NCBI GenBank assembly: GCA_003971905.1
Contig: RSEE01000002.1
Location: 248,001-312,000, forward strand
DNA from: Moniliella sp. 'wahieum'
Taxonomy: Eukaryota
Direction of reading: 5' to 3'
DNA: 64,000 bases
How positions within the stretch are numbered: position 1 is the stretch's first letter; each line of letters opens with the position of its first letter. Below the pieces are notes generated by a model. The model ran no database searches and was not told the DNA's origin. It was given only the letters and a program-made list of their open reading frames with translations. Position numbers and translations under genes: made by a program. Positions 47,492 through 63,307 of the stretch are shown one piece after another.

Positions 47492-50025
47492 ATGCGGATG
47501 CTTCCGGCACATCGTACTTCGCGGCGGCTACGCACGCCGCCCCGCGCCCCCTTGGTGCCCGTTCTGCTGCTGGGCTTGCCCAGGGCGCGCCCTTTCGTCC
47601 CGCCCTGCGCCCCCCTGCCCGGCTGCTCAGTACCACCCCCCGCCGCTTCGCCAACAACTGGAACGGGATGGGCTTCCCGCCGTTCGGCATGGGCGGTATG
47701 GGCGGTATGGAGGTATGGGCCCGGGCCCAGGGACAAGAACCTTCGGTGTTGGAGGAGTTCACTACGGATCTGACCCAGCTCGCGGCCGAGGGCAAGCTGG
47801 ACCCGGTGATTGGCCGTGACGGAGAGATTCGGCGGACGCTGCAAGTACTGTCGCGGCGGACCAAGTCCAATCCTGTTTTGCTTGGCCCGGCGGGGGTGGG
47901 TAAGACGGCGATCATGGAAGGGCTGGCCCAACGGATCGTGAACAAGGAGGTACCCGACTCGTTGCTGGGCAAGAAGATCCTTTCGCTTGATCTGGCCGGG
48001 CTCATGTCGGGCACGGCGGTGCGTGGACAGTTCGAAGCGCGGATCAAGTCGCTGTTGCAAGAGATTGAGAAGCGGGAGGGCAAGGTGATTCTATTTATTG
48101 ACGAAATGCACATGCTCTTCAACCTGGGCAACGAAGGCAGTCTGGACGCGGCCAACATGATGAAACCGCTGTTGGCACGTGGCGTGCTCAACGTTGCGGG
48201 TGCCACGACGTTTGACGAGTACCGGACCACGATCGAAAAGGACTCGGCGCTGGCACGTCGATTCCAACCGGTGAGCGTATTTGAACCCACCTTGCCGGCC
48301 ACCATCTCGATCCTGCGTGGCTTGCGCACGCGCTACGAGACCTTCCATGGGATTGGCATTGCAGACTCGGCCCTGGTGACTGCGGCGCGGTATGCGGAAC
48401 GGTACATTACCGAGCGCAAGAACCCCGATGCTGCGTTGGACTTGGTGGACGAGGCGGCGGCCGCGTTGCGACTGCAGCAAGAATCCAAACCCGAGGGCAT
48501 TGAGTCGTTGGAGCGGGAAGTGCTGACGATGCAAATTGAGCTCGAGTCGCTTCGGATGGAGAAGGATGTGGCCAGTGCAAGTCGACGCGAGACGCTCGAG
48601 GAGCACTTGGCTTCGAAACAGGCGGAACTGGACCAGCTGTCGGATCGGTGGCAGCAGGAGCGTCGCCGGTTGGAGGATGTACGGTCGATCAAGGAGCGCC
48701 TGGAGGAGGCAGGGGTGGAATTGGAACGGCAGACGCGCGAAGGCAACCTGCAACGAGTCGCCGAGCTGCAGTATGCCGTTATCCCCGACTTGCGCAAACA
48801 GCTTCCCACCGAGGAGGAGGAGGCGGCCGAGGCGCGGGCCAACGAGGAGGCTGAGCTCGGGCGATGATGACCGGGGTACGCTCCTGCACGACCGGGTGAC
48901 ATCGGAAGACATTGCGGCGGTGGTGGCACGGCTGACGGGCGTACCGCTCCGCTCGCTGCTGCGTGGAGAGAGGGAGCGGTTGCTGCATCTGGAAGATGTG
49001 ATGCGCAAGGCCATTGTGGGACAAGACCAGGCGCTCAAATCGCTCGCTCAGGCCATCCGGCTGAGCCGGGCGGGTCTCCACCAGCCCGGTCGGCCACTGG
49101 CTTCGGCGTTGATGCTCGGCCCCACGGGGACGGGTAAGACAGAGACGTGCAAGGTCCTGGCACAACAGCTGTTTGACTCGCAAGATGCCCTGATCCGGGT
49201 CGATTGCTCCGAGTTGTCCGAAAACCACGCGATTAGCAAGTTGCTCGGTGCGCCCCCCGGGTACGTGGGCTACGACGCCGGGGGTGCTTTGACGGAGCAG
49301 GTCCGGCGTCGGCCATATGCGATTGTGCTGTTTGATGAGTTTGAGAAGGCCGCGCGCAATGTGCAAATGTCGCTGTTGCAGTTGCTGGATGAGGGCCACT
49401 TGACCGACTCGCAAGGCCGTAAGGTTGACTTTAGCAACACCATCATCGCCATGACGTCCAACATTGGCGTGGAGGCGTACCGCGGGTGGGGCGCGACGAA
49501 CGATGGAAGCCTGACCGCCAGTGGACGCAAAAAGTTGGACAAGGAGTTGCAAAAGGCGCTTCCGCTTGAGCTGCTAAACCGGATTGATGCGACGTTGGTG
49601 TACAATGCTCTGCCGCCCAGTGCTCTCGAGGGGATTGTGGACATTCGCCTGGGCAAAGTGCAGAAGCGCCTGGCGGAAGATCGCCGGATCAATCTGGAAG
49701 TGGACGAGGCGACCCGGCTCTGGCTGGCGGTGAATGGGTACAGCGACGTGTTTGGTGCCCGTCCGTTGAACCGGTTGATTCAGAGTGCGGTGCTCAACAA
49801 GGTGGCCAATTTGATCCTCGAAGGCGACATCCGTGATGGCGACACGGTACGGGTGGAAATCAACCCGGATTGGAAGGTGGGCGACGATGAGTACAACGCA
49901 CTCTTTATCCACACGGTTGCCTCGGAACCTCCCCCCGCGCCTCGGCGGAAGCCAAAAAGGTACCTGCAGGTGAGGGCGCGGAGGAGGGCGAAGTGGTGGA
50001 AGGGCGTGTGATTCGCCACGACTAA
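47492..50025 (+). CDS. HSP78: ClpB/Hsp100 disaggregase, mitochondrial Hsp78 type
   Basis: Two AAA+ modules ([59 protein letters not shown]) and a coiled-coil M domain. There is no Clp N-domain, and an Arg-rich presequence-like N-terminus. Frameshift at ~48860. Confidence 0.92.
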
Positions 50026-51007
50026 AAAATGCCCCTCTGCATGTGTTTTCTTCTGCATCTGTATCTCTATCAATTACGATGAATAATCGCTGCTCTTCAA
50101 CTTGGTTGTCCCTCTGTCTTAATGTTTGATGATCAGTATGGTGCCTCTCGACCACAGCTGTCGATGCCTGGGCAAGAAGCTCCTGGGAACCAGACCGGCT
50201 GAGAAGGGAGAGTACAAATGGGTGGGGGGCTACTTGATGGTTACTGACTGCATCGGGTGTAAGTACGACTCAAGGCAGTATGCGTTTCTGCATCTCGCTT
50301 GCAGCCTGCTCTCGGTATGAGACGAGGCGTGGCGACATGTAGCCGAGTACAGTATAACCAAGTCGAAGGATGGCGTCCCCGGTGCGAAGCAGACACGTGG
50401 ATGTGTCGTGTGACGAGCTGGTGGGCTAGGTTTGCTGATGGCAGGGTGGGGGCGAGGTGGAGTCTGGCCGAGCAGGCACCGCACGCCTGCGGCCCGACGC
50501 ACTGCTGAGCGGCTGAGGCGCTGAGTAGTACAGGGAAGACACCTATGCGCGTTGCACCGAAGGAAATTTGCGTCCACGCCCATGAATCCGCGTAGCCGGG
50601 AAGGTGCCGACGGCTAGGGGCCGGGGGGGTGCCCACACTGGCGCGGTGCGGGGGCGGCAGGTGGCCACGGCTGAGGCTGAGCCAGAGCGCCACGTGAGTT
50701 TGAGTTGTGCGCATCGCAGGGCAGGCACGGCACAAGCCAAGCATGCCGCCTGCCGTCTCGTATAAGTGCGTGTAGCACGAGCACACGTCCCGAGCAGCCA
50801 GCTACAGTAGGAGCTCGTCATCGAAGTAATCCCGCATGCGCACCAGCCGCCCCAGCCGCTGCTCCCTCGCCTGAGCACACACCACCTCCCACTCGCCCAC
50901 GTCCTCTTCGCTGCTGTCGCACGACTCGCCCCCGCCCTCCTGACCCTCCCTGCACACGCCCCTCCTCCCGCGCTCCTCCTGGCCCATCCGCCAGCCCCCC
51001 GCCCATC

Positions 51008-52172
51008 ATGTCCGACAGTACGGACGAGTGCAGCGCCGACCCCTACACGGGTGGCTCGACGGGCCTGCGCGTGAGCGCCATCTTTGTCATCCTCGTCACC
51101 TCCCTCTGCACCACCCTTTTCCCCGTCATCACCAAGCGCGTGCCCCAGTGCCGCATCCCCGACTGGGTCTACAACGTGTGTCGCTACTTTGGTTCGGGCG
51201 TCATCCTCGCCACGGCCTTTATGCATCTGCTCCAGCCAGCGTCGGAAGAGCTGGGATCCCCATGTCTCAACTCGGCCTTTCGCAACTACCCGTTTGCCTT
51301 TTTCTTTGCGCTCTTTGCAGCTCTGTATGTGACGGATCTCTTTCTTGTTCGGTTCCCCGGTTGATTAATTAGGCATTGTCGCGTCCCTAACTAACCCGCA
51401 TTTGGCCAGCCTCACGTTTCTGCTCGAGATGCTCGCTTTCCGATCGGGTACTTCGCTTGCCCAACGACTCGCCTACAACCCCCATCAAGAAGGCGGCACT
51501 GATCACAGTCATGCCATCTCGTCCGTCGAGGACCCCCTGCCTGTCTCCGAGACGCAGTACGGCGCCCCCAGCTCCCCTGTCGCAGTGGACAAGAAGGACA
51601 AGTCGCCGATTGATGAAGAAAGTTGGCCAGCGTCCGCGGGTAGCGCCGAGACAGAGAGTCACGAGGAGGAAGAGCTGAAGAATGCTGCGACGCAAATCAT
51701 TGGCGTTGCCATCCTCGAGGCGGGTGTGGTCTTCCATTCGGCCATTATTGGGCTCACACTGGGCTCAACCAGCACTGGATTTGGTGTGCTCTACGCTGTC
51801 ATCTGCTTTCATCAAATGTTTGAGGGTCTGGGCTTGGGTGTGCGACTGGCGTTCCTGCCGATTGCACCTGACTCGTGGCTGCCCTTTATTGGTGCGGTGG
51901 CCTATTCCTTTGTAACCCCTACTGGGATTGCGATTGGGATTGGCGTGCGCAACTCGTACAATGGCAATGGCGCTACGGCGAATTACGTCGAGGGTGTACT
52001 GGATTCGGTCAGTGGTGGCATTTTGGCCTATACTGGGTTTGTCGAGTTGCTGGCGCATGATTTTGTGTTCAATGACAAGATGCACCGAGCGCCCATGTGG
52101 CAACTTTGCTTCAACATTTTCTGCCTTTTCGTCGGCGCAGGACTGATGTCTCTGTTGGCCAAATGGGCATGA
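51008..52172 (+). CDS. ZIP family zinc transporter (Zrt1/Zrt2-like)
   Basis: GLRVSAIFVILVTS..YFGSGVILATAFMHLL..ILEAGVVFHSAIIGLTLG..FHQMFEGLGLG..GVLDSVSGGILAYTGFVELLAHDF..MSLLAKWA. In-frame intron 51325-51409. Confidence 0.95.
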
Positions 52173-53945
52173 GAACAGCGCTTTCGGCATTCGAGCAGAG
52201 GCCATTCCATCTTATCATCATCCGAATGCGACCAAAAAAGGGATACATCCCTTCCCTCTTTCAGTGACCACTGGTACCCGTACACTGTGCTCTGGGTCCG
52301 TCATGTTCCACCTCTTCCAAACGCTTGATACTTGATGCGTTTCGGTCGCCATCATCATTTGGGTTGGAGACACATTTCTCCCATCTCTCGCCCACACACG
52401 GTCCGTGCCTTGCGACGCCGACCGTGTTGGTTCCTCCACCCATCCCTCCCATCTTTCCATCTTTCCATCTTTTCAGGAGTTATGACTCACGCAACTGTAC
52501 TTTATAACGCTCTCAGCATTTCGTGCGTTCCTCATCCCCACTTGGCCGTGCATCTACCAGGGAAGGTGCCTTCAATAGGCGGGGGCCCTTCTGGACTACT
52601 ATACCGTACGGTATATAGCTCGGAAGCGCGTCACCGGCCTTGAAGCTTAATTGCCTGGACCTAATCTTTCTCCTCATATCATCAAGCCTTGAGATCGCCT
52701 TCAAGCTTCAAGCTTCATGTAGGTCATTTAGCAACACCTATAGCATACAACACGACACATCACGTGCTGCTGCATCTCGTGCCTGTTGGTACCGGTAGTC
52801 AGGCCTGAGTCTCAGGTCTCTGGTCGAGTAATACGTGATGAGGCCTCAGCCTGGGGCCTCGGGACGTATGCGACGTACTTACCACGGCCAATGGGCACGT
52901 TTTGGGTCCAAATTAACCGCCTGTCCTGTGCTGTCAACGATCTGCTCCCGCCGTTTTAGAGCGCTGGCAGTACTATAACGGCGGGAGTGTCTAGCAGGGG
53001 TCCAGTGCTAGAGACTGGTGAGGGACTGGATGCGACCTCAGCCTCAGGCCTGAGGGCCGGACGCAATCGGTGATGGATAGTCCTTCTATAACAGTAGAGG
53101 AGCCTGAGGCACTACAGCACTATGCTTCCTCTGTTTTCTTGAGATCCTTGAGATTAGATTTCTAGCTGGTCTTGGCAGCATCGACGGTCGAGTGCCTGAG
53201 ATCTGAGATCTGTGGAGAGTGGCTTAACATTTAGCCCGCATTGCACAACAAAGCATCAGGCAGTGGTTCCTGGCTTGGCTCTTCTGCTGGGTTATCTTGC
53301 GAAATCACCTTCAGCTGCCAGAGGCCAACACGCAACATGCAGCCTGACGGCAACCACACGATGCTGAGACGCACCCACAGCTGGCATTTGGTTAACAGCA
53401 GCCAGTCGGCTATACTATATCCTTGTCAGCTGGGGGTTTGACGGGTAGGGGGGAATACAGCCGTAGTACTACCCCGTTGGGTGGAGGGAGAGGGCAAGGG
53501 AGGGCTGTCTATGGATCATGGCCTGGGCCTTGGAGCTTGGCAAAAACATAGTTCTAATATAGCATTCTCTCGGCTGGTGGCTTTTTTATCCCCATTGGAC
53601 CGGGGCTGGTCCCAGTGAGCGGCCGCTGCGGCTTGGCGTGCATTGAGGTGTGGCAAAATGCAAGAGTCGAAATGCTACGGCCTATCCCAAAGAAGCCGGA
53701 GTAGGGGACAGAAAACCTCATATATACTCTTTCTGCATCATCACAGCGGTTGCACCATCAGAAAAAGCCCAAAGCCACCCAAAACCCACACAGTCGCGCA
53801 TTTTGTTGTGGTCCCCAACGACCTTTTGTACCATCTCATCCCGCGCCCTCTGCCAACACCAGCACCAACACCAGCACCAGCTCCGGCACCCCTCATCATT
53901 ACAGTGCGGCATTACTTCTTTTACACTTGCTGTGTGTTAACCAAG

Positions 53946-56086
53946 ATGGAGTTCGGAAGTCTACCTCGAATCCCTCCCGACCCAAGTTCCCCGAAGGGTG
54001 TCACGAAGATGCGCCAAAATACCATCAGCTTAAAAGGCTCCTCAACGGTGTGGTGTCCGAACTAGAAGGGCTAGACTGTCGCAATCGGTGCTCAGTGAGC
54101 TTTGTGATCAACGAGGCTCCGACAGCAACGGCCGTCAACGAACGGTTCTCCGATTAACACGTCGATCAACAGCGAAAGGAGTGTGTCTTCTAGCGCTCAA
54201 CAGTGGCTCGAGCAACTCCCTCACCATCATCACCATCCTCCCCCACAAGTCGGTACAGACTGGATTGACTACCAAACCTACCAAGGCTGCCAGGTCGAAT
54301 CCCACTTGTGCTACCCGAGTGGAATCGTTCGACGAAGATGAGGCGGACAAGACGGAGCTTTCACCGTCCCCAGCCTTGACTGAGCTGTTGGAATCCAACT
54401 ATGCCACCGAGCCCGAAGTGGTACAGGTGCCTGATCCGTTGCTGCCGTCGCATCAGAACTGGGTTCACGGTGCAGGAGGGCGCCGTGCTCACGCGACGTA
54501 TGAATTAGTCGGAGACGGGGACCACCTTGTGCCTCGCCTCCGCATCACAATTGAGTCGCCATTTACTTCGGACACATCGGATGAGAGCGACGCTGAGTCG
54601 CTCCCTCCCTCTGTCCCACTTTCATCCCCAAATCTGGATATGGAACCGTCTTCTGTTCCTACGTCGATCCAGAGGCACCATGAACCAGCCTTGTCCCAGT
54701 CCGAAGAGCAAGTTGGGCGGCGAATGCGTCGACGTCAAATGGTGATCCCCTTGTTGGCCGATGCCCAGTTTCTGGGCATTTTGACCCAAACCTTGATCGC
54801 TGCCCGGTCGGCTCAGTCACTGCAATGCAAAGAATTCATCGATGCCAGCCACCGTTTGGCCGATGCCATTGGCCAGGCCACCAGCCTGAGCGGCAAGAAT
54901 CAACAAGACTTGTATGCTTGGCGGGAGATTTTTCAGCTCTGGACCGATGCGCAGATTTTTGAGTCGACGCGGGAGGCCGATGCAGGAGAACTGTCGGTAG
55001 ACGAATCGGTGCGTCGGTTGCACACGTTTGTCGACGAGTTGCATCGCCGTGGTTGGCTCCATACGCCCGAGCAAGCGTCTCGCCCTTCAGACACCTCCAA
55101 TACCCTCCCTCGGCCTCACACCATCTCCACCTCGTCGCCGCAGGCGGTGGGGAGGCCACCTGCAACAGCGCTGTACCGTGTCCGTTCTGCTTCCGATTTA
55201 CGCGGTTACAGCCACGGCAAACATCATGGCCATACCATCAGTAGGATGCCATCACTCCATCTACCTCGCTCTTCTCATTTCCGTGCCAGGCACTCGTCGG
55301 ATGAGCATAACCTTTCTGCCCAGTCACAACACGCTTTGAATGACTTTCTAGTGCTCAATGCAACCCTGCTGGACGTGAAAAAGTACCAGCAAGCTAATCT
55401 CGAGGCCGTACGCAAGATCCTTCAGGTTCACGATAAGCTCACTGCCCTCTCAGCCGGGACCAAACTGAAGAAGTTCGTCGCCACGGCCGGGCTGATGAGC
55501 GAATCAAGCGGGGCGGCAAATACATCGATGTCGTCTCCTCCAGCTAGCCCTGCCCTTCCCAAAGCGCCGACCGAGGCTCTGCTCCCAACCTCAACCACAG
55601 CCTCAAACACATCGGCGTTCCTGGCTCGAGATGGGAAAACGGATATGGAAGAATCGTTGGGACACATTCTCTTTTCCCTAATGAGCAATGAGCTGCTTTC
55701 TCTTCTGCCCTCCTTGAACGACGTGTCATGCACCATCTGCACCGATGTGGCCTGGCGTCCGATCCGATTGGACTGTGGACACCTGTTCTGCATGCGGTGC
55801 ATGGTCAAGCTCCAAAAGCAAGGCTGGCACGATTGTCCCTTATGCCGGGCCCGGAACGCTGTGAGCTCTGCAAACGAACGTACGTTTGGTTTCCTTTCCC
55901 GTTTCCCACTTTGGGCTGAATCGAGAATTGACTGATACGGGGGTTTTCTTAGGCAACCTGGACGAAGCGACCGGTAACGTGCTCAAAGTTTGGTTTCCAA
56001 GAGAAGTACGTGAAAAGGAGAAGGAGAACAAGATGGATCGAAAGCAAGAACACAAGATGGAGGAGGACAGGTGCACCGTTTCGTGA
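53946..56086 (+). CDS. SPX-domain RING-finger E3 ligase (Pqr1/NLA-like architecture)
   Basis: N-terminal SPX signature (MEFG..KYHQLKRLLNGVVSELE), DLYAWREIFQLW, and ANLEAVRKILQVHDKLT. RING: CTICTDVAWRPIRLDCGHLFCMRC..CPLCR. Intron 55880-55952. Ends CTVS*. Confidence 0.88.
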
Positions 56087-56828
56087 TTCGCTTCGTGATT
56101 CGCCCAATCCCCCTTCTTCCCCCACCCCCACTATTAACTGAACTGCCCCAACCCCCTATACTTTGTGTGGTTTTGATGATTGGTCCTGTCCACGACTCTT
56201 TTGTATCGGATCTGAAAGCGCGATATGCCCGTACCCTCATGCTTTCTATCCTGTCCGTGAATATGCTTCCTGAAGAATGCGACCGTATACACTTTTATCG
56301 ATTATCGATCACTGATCCGTCGTTTTGGCGTCGGGTATAATATGTGGCTCCTACAATCATAGTAGCGCCTTTTCCAGGTGATATCTATATCGGTCTACCC
56401 AGATGAAAGCAGCCAGTGCCCACGCAACCCCCCTGGGACAATCCCATCAATCGCAAGGGTAAAAAAACAAACTGGATGCAAAGCAGGGACAGGAAGTATG
56501 AAGGGCGTCATATGGATGGCAGAAGTATGTTGGAAAATGCCATGAAAAAGAAATGCGCGGGAATCAGCCGAGGGCTGGCTTTTGGGGTGTGGTATGTCAT
56601 AATGACCAGAGAGGGGCAATCAAGGTCAAAAAAGAGGAAGGGTCACCTCCAGCAGAGAACGGAGGACCAAAATATAGATCGATGAGTACCAGCTTAGCAG
56701 CAGCAGGACATCGGGCGGGAGCGTGGGGAGCAAGAAGGACACAGGGAAAACAGTAGGGTCAGAAGGGGACGTTGTACTCAGCCTGCAGATGCAGCAACGA
56801 ATACGGGATGAACACGACCGAACCGCGT

Positions 56829-58620
56829 TCACTGGTTCTCTTCCTCCAACATTGAGACAAGGCGTTGAGCCAAGTTAGCAATCTCTGCCTCGGCCCCTTG
56901 TTCGTCCGATCCCGAGTTGGAGGGTACAATTGAAGATCCCTCTGCCGACACAGAGCCTTCCTGTATCGACTGGGCATCCCTGTCCCCCGTCGCATTGGGA
57001 CGCAAGTCCGAGGGGGGAGCAAAGGCCAACTGGCGGACCAAAGGCAAGATTTTGGGGGAGGAGCGGAAGTGATCTTCCAGTTCTGGATCTTTCCCCTCCA
57101 CGAGCTGGAGCACGGTCCAGACGGCAATATGCTCGAAGGTTAAATCGCCGCTCTCGAGAAAGCGTACTAGGTAGGCTTCGAGTCCTCCAGCTGGGTGGTT
57201 CCATACAGCATTGAAAGGCGCATAGTCTTCGCTCTTGCTTGCCAAGTTGCCCAAGGCAGCCGCCGAGTTCCCTGCACCTCTGCGCTTTCGCTCGCGGTGA
57301 GCGGGATGAGGACTTCGCAGATGCCCATGCTCAACAGCTGCGGCTTCAGATCCTCGCCCAGTGCCAAGACGGCTACACAGGCGGTCATTTCGGCCTGCAC
57401 GCTAAGGGGCACATGGAGGACGAGTTGTTTGATCCGCTGCACCGCGCCGGCGGCGACAATCTCGGCCTTGTTGCGCTCGTTGCTGGCAGCCAGGTTGCGC
57501 AAGGTGGAGATGGCATGACACTGAACCTCTTCGTTATCTTCGTGACTCAAGAGCTCGATCAAGGGATGGAGGAAGCCGGCTTGGATGATGGCCGTTTCGT
57601 TGTCTGGATCGATCGAGACGTTGCGCACACACGCTGCAGCCGACAGGATAAGAGGCAGAAAAGAGCTTTGGAGCAATCGCAGAAGTGGGGTCAGGCCCCC
57701 GTGCCGCACAATGTCAGCTTGGTACCTCTCGTCGCTGGCCAAGTTGCGCAAGGCAAGGGCAGCTTGGCACTGAACACGAAGGCTGTTGCTGTCCATGAGA
57801 GCAATCAGGCGTTGGACCAGCGTTGGCTCGTCCCACGCTAACCTCTTGCGGTTTTCCGCATCGACAGCAATGTTGCTCAGTGCAGTGGTGCAGTAGTACT
57901 GCACATCCGTATCGTTGCTCGACAAAAGACTGACGAGAGCCGGGATGGCATTGGCAGCGACCAGTTGTTGTCGGTTTTCGTCGCTGTGAGTCATGTTGAG
58001 CAAGGCGCCGGTGGCGTTGCGCTGCACGCGCATATCCTTCGATCGGGCTAGCTTGGTCAGGGGCACCAGTGCGCCTGACTGGGCAATTTTTGTCTTGTTT
58101 TCATCGTGGGTGGCCAGGTTGGTGATGCAGCCAACCGCATTGCATTGGACCTCGACATTGTGACTGAGCATCTGGCGGATCAGCGGTTCCAGCCCGTCCA
58201 GGCGGACAATGAGCAACTTGTTTTCAGCTGGTCCAACATGTCAATACCGGCTGCATCTAGCAAGAGGACGGAACGCACTATTCACAGCCAGGTTGCCCAA
58301 CGCGGCACTCGCTGCGCGCTGCACTTCCACATCGTGGCTTTTGAGCAGAAACAAGATGGGCTTGAGAGTGTCGGGGCCAACAGCACGCACCTCCTTCTCG
58401 GTGATTTCAGCAAAGGCCAGGGCCGCGCTTCGCTGCAGGTCCACATTGTCGCTGTACGAAAGAGTGGAGAGTGCCTTGAGCGGCTCGCCTTGGAAAAGTC
58501 TGTCTCGGAACGGTTCTCGAGGTACTGGAGCAGGTCGGCCACGGCGTCCCGCTCATTTTCCAGCAGAAGCGGCTCGTACTGCGCGTGACGCGACCGACCA
58601 CAGCTGCAGAGATTGCCCAT
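56829..58620 (-). CDS. VAC8: vacuolar armadillo-repeat protein Vac8
   Basis: MGNLCSCG (myristoylation/palmitoylation N-terminus), [58 protein letters not shown] and [18 protein letters not shown]. Intron 58228-58278. Confidence 0.97.
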
Positions 58621-59306
58621 GCCAACGGGGAGCGAGGCGGGGGGGAACGCCGGGGGGGGAGGGAGCGGAGGGCGGAGTGGGGGAGGGAGGAGCAGCAGCT
58701 GTTTATGTCTGGTCTGCGGGGACGCGTGACGCACAACCGGTGACTGCGGCCTGGAGGCGCCCAGCGGCCATGCGGGCTGGCGCACGTAAGCAAGATCAAC
58801 TACACTGCTCGTGCGCCGCATCTCCGTCCTGGGTGGCGCCGCGGCCGCCGCAGCACAGCGCCAGTGCTGCCCCCGCGTGGGGCGACAGGGGCAGCCGGCT
58901 GAGCCTGAGGCCTGAGGCTGATGGCGCAGGCTCGGCTGCCCGTGGCGCGTCCCTTCCCACTTGCTTTCCCACCGTGTCGGCCAGGCGCGCGTCACCCACG
59001 CCGCCTCCAGCATCCCCTGTCCGACCATCTACTTCCGCGACACTGCAAGTATCTGCTTCTCTCACGCGCGGAACTTGAGGCTGAACCGCTGTGCCGTTCG
59101 GAAGAATCTACGTGCCCCCATTCCTCTCCAAAAATATATACAACCAAGGAGAGTAAACCGCAATCGGCCATTGCACGAACCGTGCCTCGAAAGGAAAAAA
59201 CAAAACGGCAGATAGGAGGCTATCTTAGAACGAGCCTCACAGTACCACGCCGGTGGGAGCGCCTCTCTCACAACGACAGGCCACCCCGCACGCAAGGGAG
59301 GGGGGG

Positions 59307-61682
<2,376 letters not shown>

Positions 61683-62691
61683 TCAGACTGAGTGGCGCTC
61701 GCCCTCCTGCGGCGGGGTGCCAGGGGGTGCCTGTGTTGGGTGCGCGGGATGCGCTGCGCTGAGCTGGCGGAGCCTGAGAGAGGCAAGTGACAAGCTCTCA
61801 GATCTCAGCCTCTCTTCAGCAAGAGCGCTCGATGAACGCTGACCGGCTGGTCCGCCACTGCCCGCGCGCGACCCTTGTGACCCTACTGACAATGATTAAT
61901 GACCGCCCTTTAACGCTTAACGTTTAACCTCGATACACCACCTGCCGAAAACGACAGCCTCGGCAATGGCCGTGGCGCTCGGTATCTCTCGCATCTTTTT
62001 GGACGCGCCATCCCCCTCCATCTCACGCCGACTATATGCGCCGCCCTCGCCACACGTGCCAATGTCTGTGAATTGACTGCCTCCTAGATCCTACCCCAGG
62101 TTTCAATCCCATCACGCCGGTCCGCTGGCCGCATCAGAAGTGACACTAGTGACATGTGAGCGACATGATGCATGAGTCGCCGTTCGTTTAGTACGTTCAT
62201 CAACAGCAAAAAACCTCCCACCTCACATACTCGCCGAGATAAAGCAGCATAACGTCAATTAATACTTGACAGAACTCACTTTCTCCACTTCAGTCTTCAG
62301 GGCACCTTCAAGCTTCAGAACACTAGGCTGCTAATGAAGCCAGGGCACAACTGTAAAGCCATAGACAACCTGTGGCAACAAATGGACATGTGCATAGGCC
62401 GCCATCGTGAGAGATCGGACACAGTGTCCCAGGGAGCAGAACTAGAGTCCTCAATCTAAGACGCAAAGCACACACGTCCGTCATGGAAGCCCCAAGGCCC
62501 AAAGGTCCTAGAGTAAGGCGAACCTGTTCCGCATTCGGCATGGGATTGAGAAATCAGTTTTTTGAGAGGGAGAATGGTGAGAAGGGGATGGAAGATGGGA
62601 TAGAGAGGGGACATGTCACCCGAGCAAAGAATCGACGAAGAACGGTCTCCGAGCCCAGTTGACCTCCACTCGCACAACGACTGGTAGACGT

Positions 62692-63307
62692 TTACTTCTT
62701 GGCCTTCTCCTCGGCTTCCTTTTTAGCCTGGTGAGCGGCGCGGAAGCCAGCTGGCGGTGAGTGTTGCGGGCGTGGCGAAGAGTCTTGAAGGCCTCAAAGT
62801 CCTTCTCCTCCTGGGTGATCGCGCGAGGCTTCTCGGCCACCGTGCCAGCCGGGATGGGGAACGCAGCCGCCACGTTCTCGACCTTGGGGGCCGAGGCAAG
62901 ATCAGCGAGCTTGGCGCTCTTGCCCTTGGCCGGGATGACCACACGCTCACGGTACGCCTTGACACGCTCAATGTTGAGACGGAGACCCTCCTCCGAGCGG
63001 TTCTTGCGGCGGTGGTCCACCGAGATACCAATCACGCGAGCGAGCTTCTGGGGGATACCAGCGGCCTTGAGCTCCTCAAGAGTGAACCCACGGCCAGCAC
63101 GCAGTTTGCGGTTGTACTTGAGCGTTGGGCAGCGCACCACGGGGCGGAGCGAGTCAACAGGCTTGAGACCCGAGCGCGCCACCTTCTCAGCGCGCGCATT
63201 GCGCCTGCGCTTCTTGGCACCGGCTGGTCAAACCAGACGTTGACCCGGCGCTGCCAGTCCTTGCGGAAGTGGTTGTTGTGAAGGATGTTGTTGTGACGGA
63301 AACCCAT
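62692..63307 (-). CDS. RPL13: 60S ribosomal protein L13 (eL13)
   Basis: MGFRHNNILHNNHFRKDWQRRVNVWFDQP..LRPVVRCPTLKYNRKLRAGRGFTLEELKAAGI..IGISVDHRRKNRSEE. A 5'-UTR intron ends at 63309. Confidence 0.97.

Noticed and set aside
47356..49692. Long antisense ORFs over HSP78 (also over PAB1, VAC8 and the RP genes)
   Set aside because: These are expected shadows of GC-rich codon bias and show no recognisable protein motifs.
50026..51007. Zinc-responsive element upstream of the ZIP transporter
   Set aside because: I found no convincing match to the Zap1-type ACCTTNAAGGT consensus.
56173..56216. Box C/D snoRNA candidate (TGATGA..CTGA)
   Set aside because: It is too short, has no terminal stem or recognisable rRNA guide, and lies in a probable 3' UTR.
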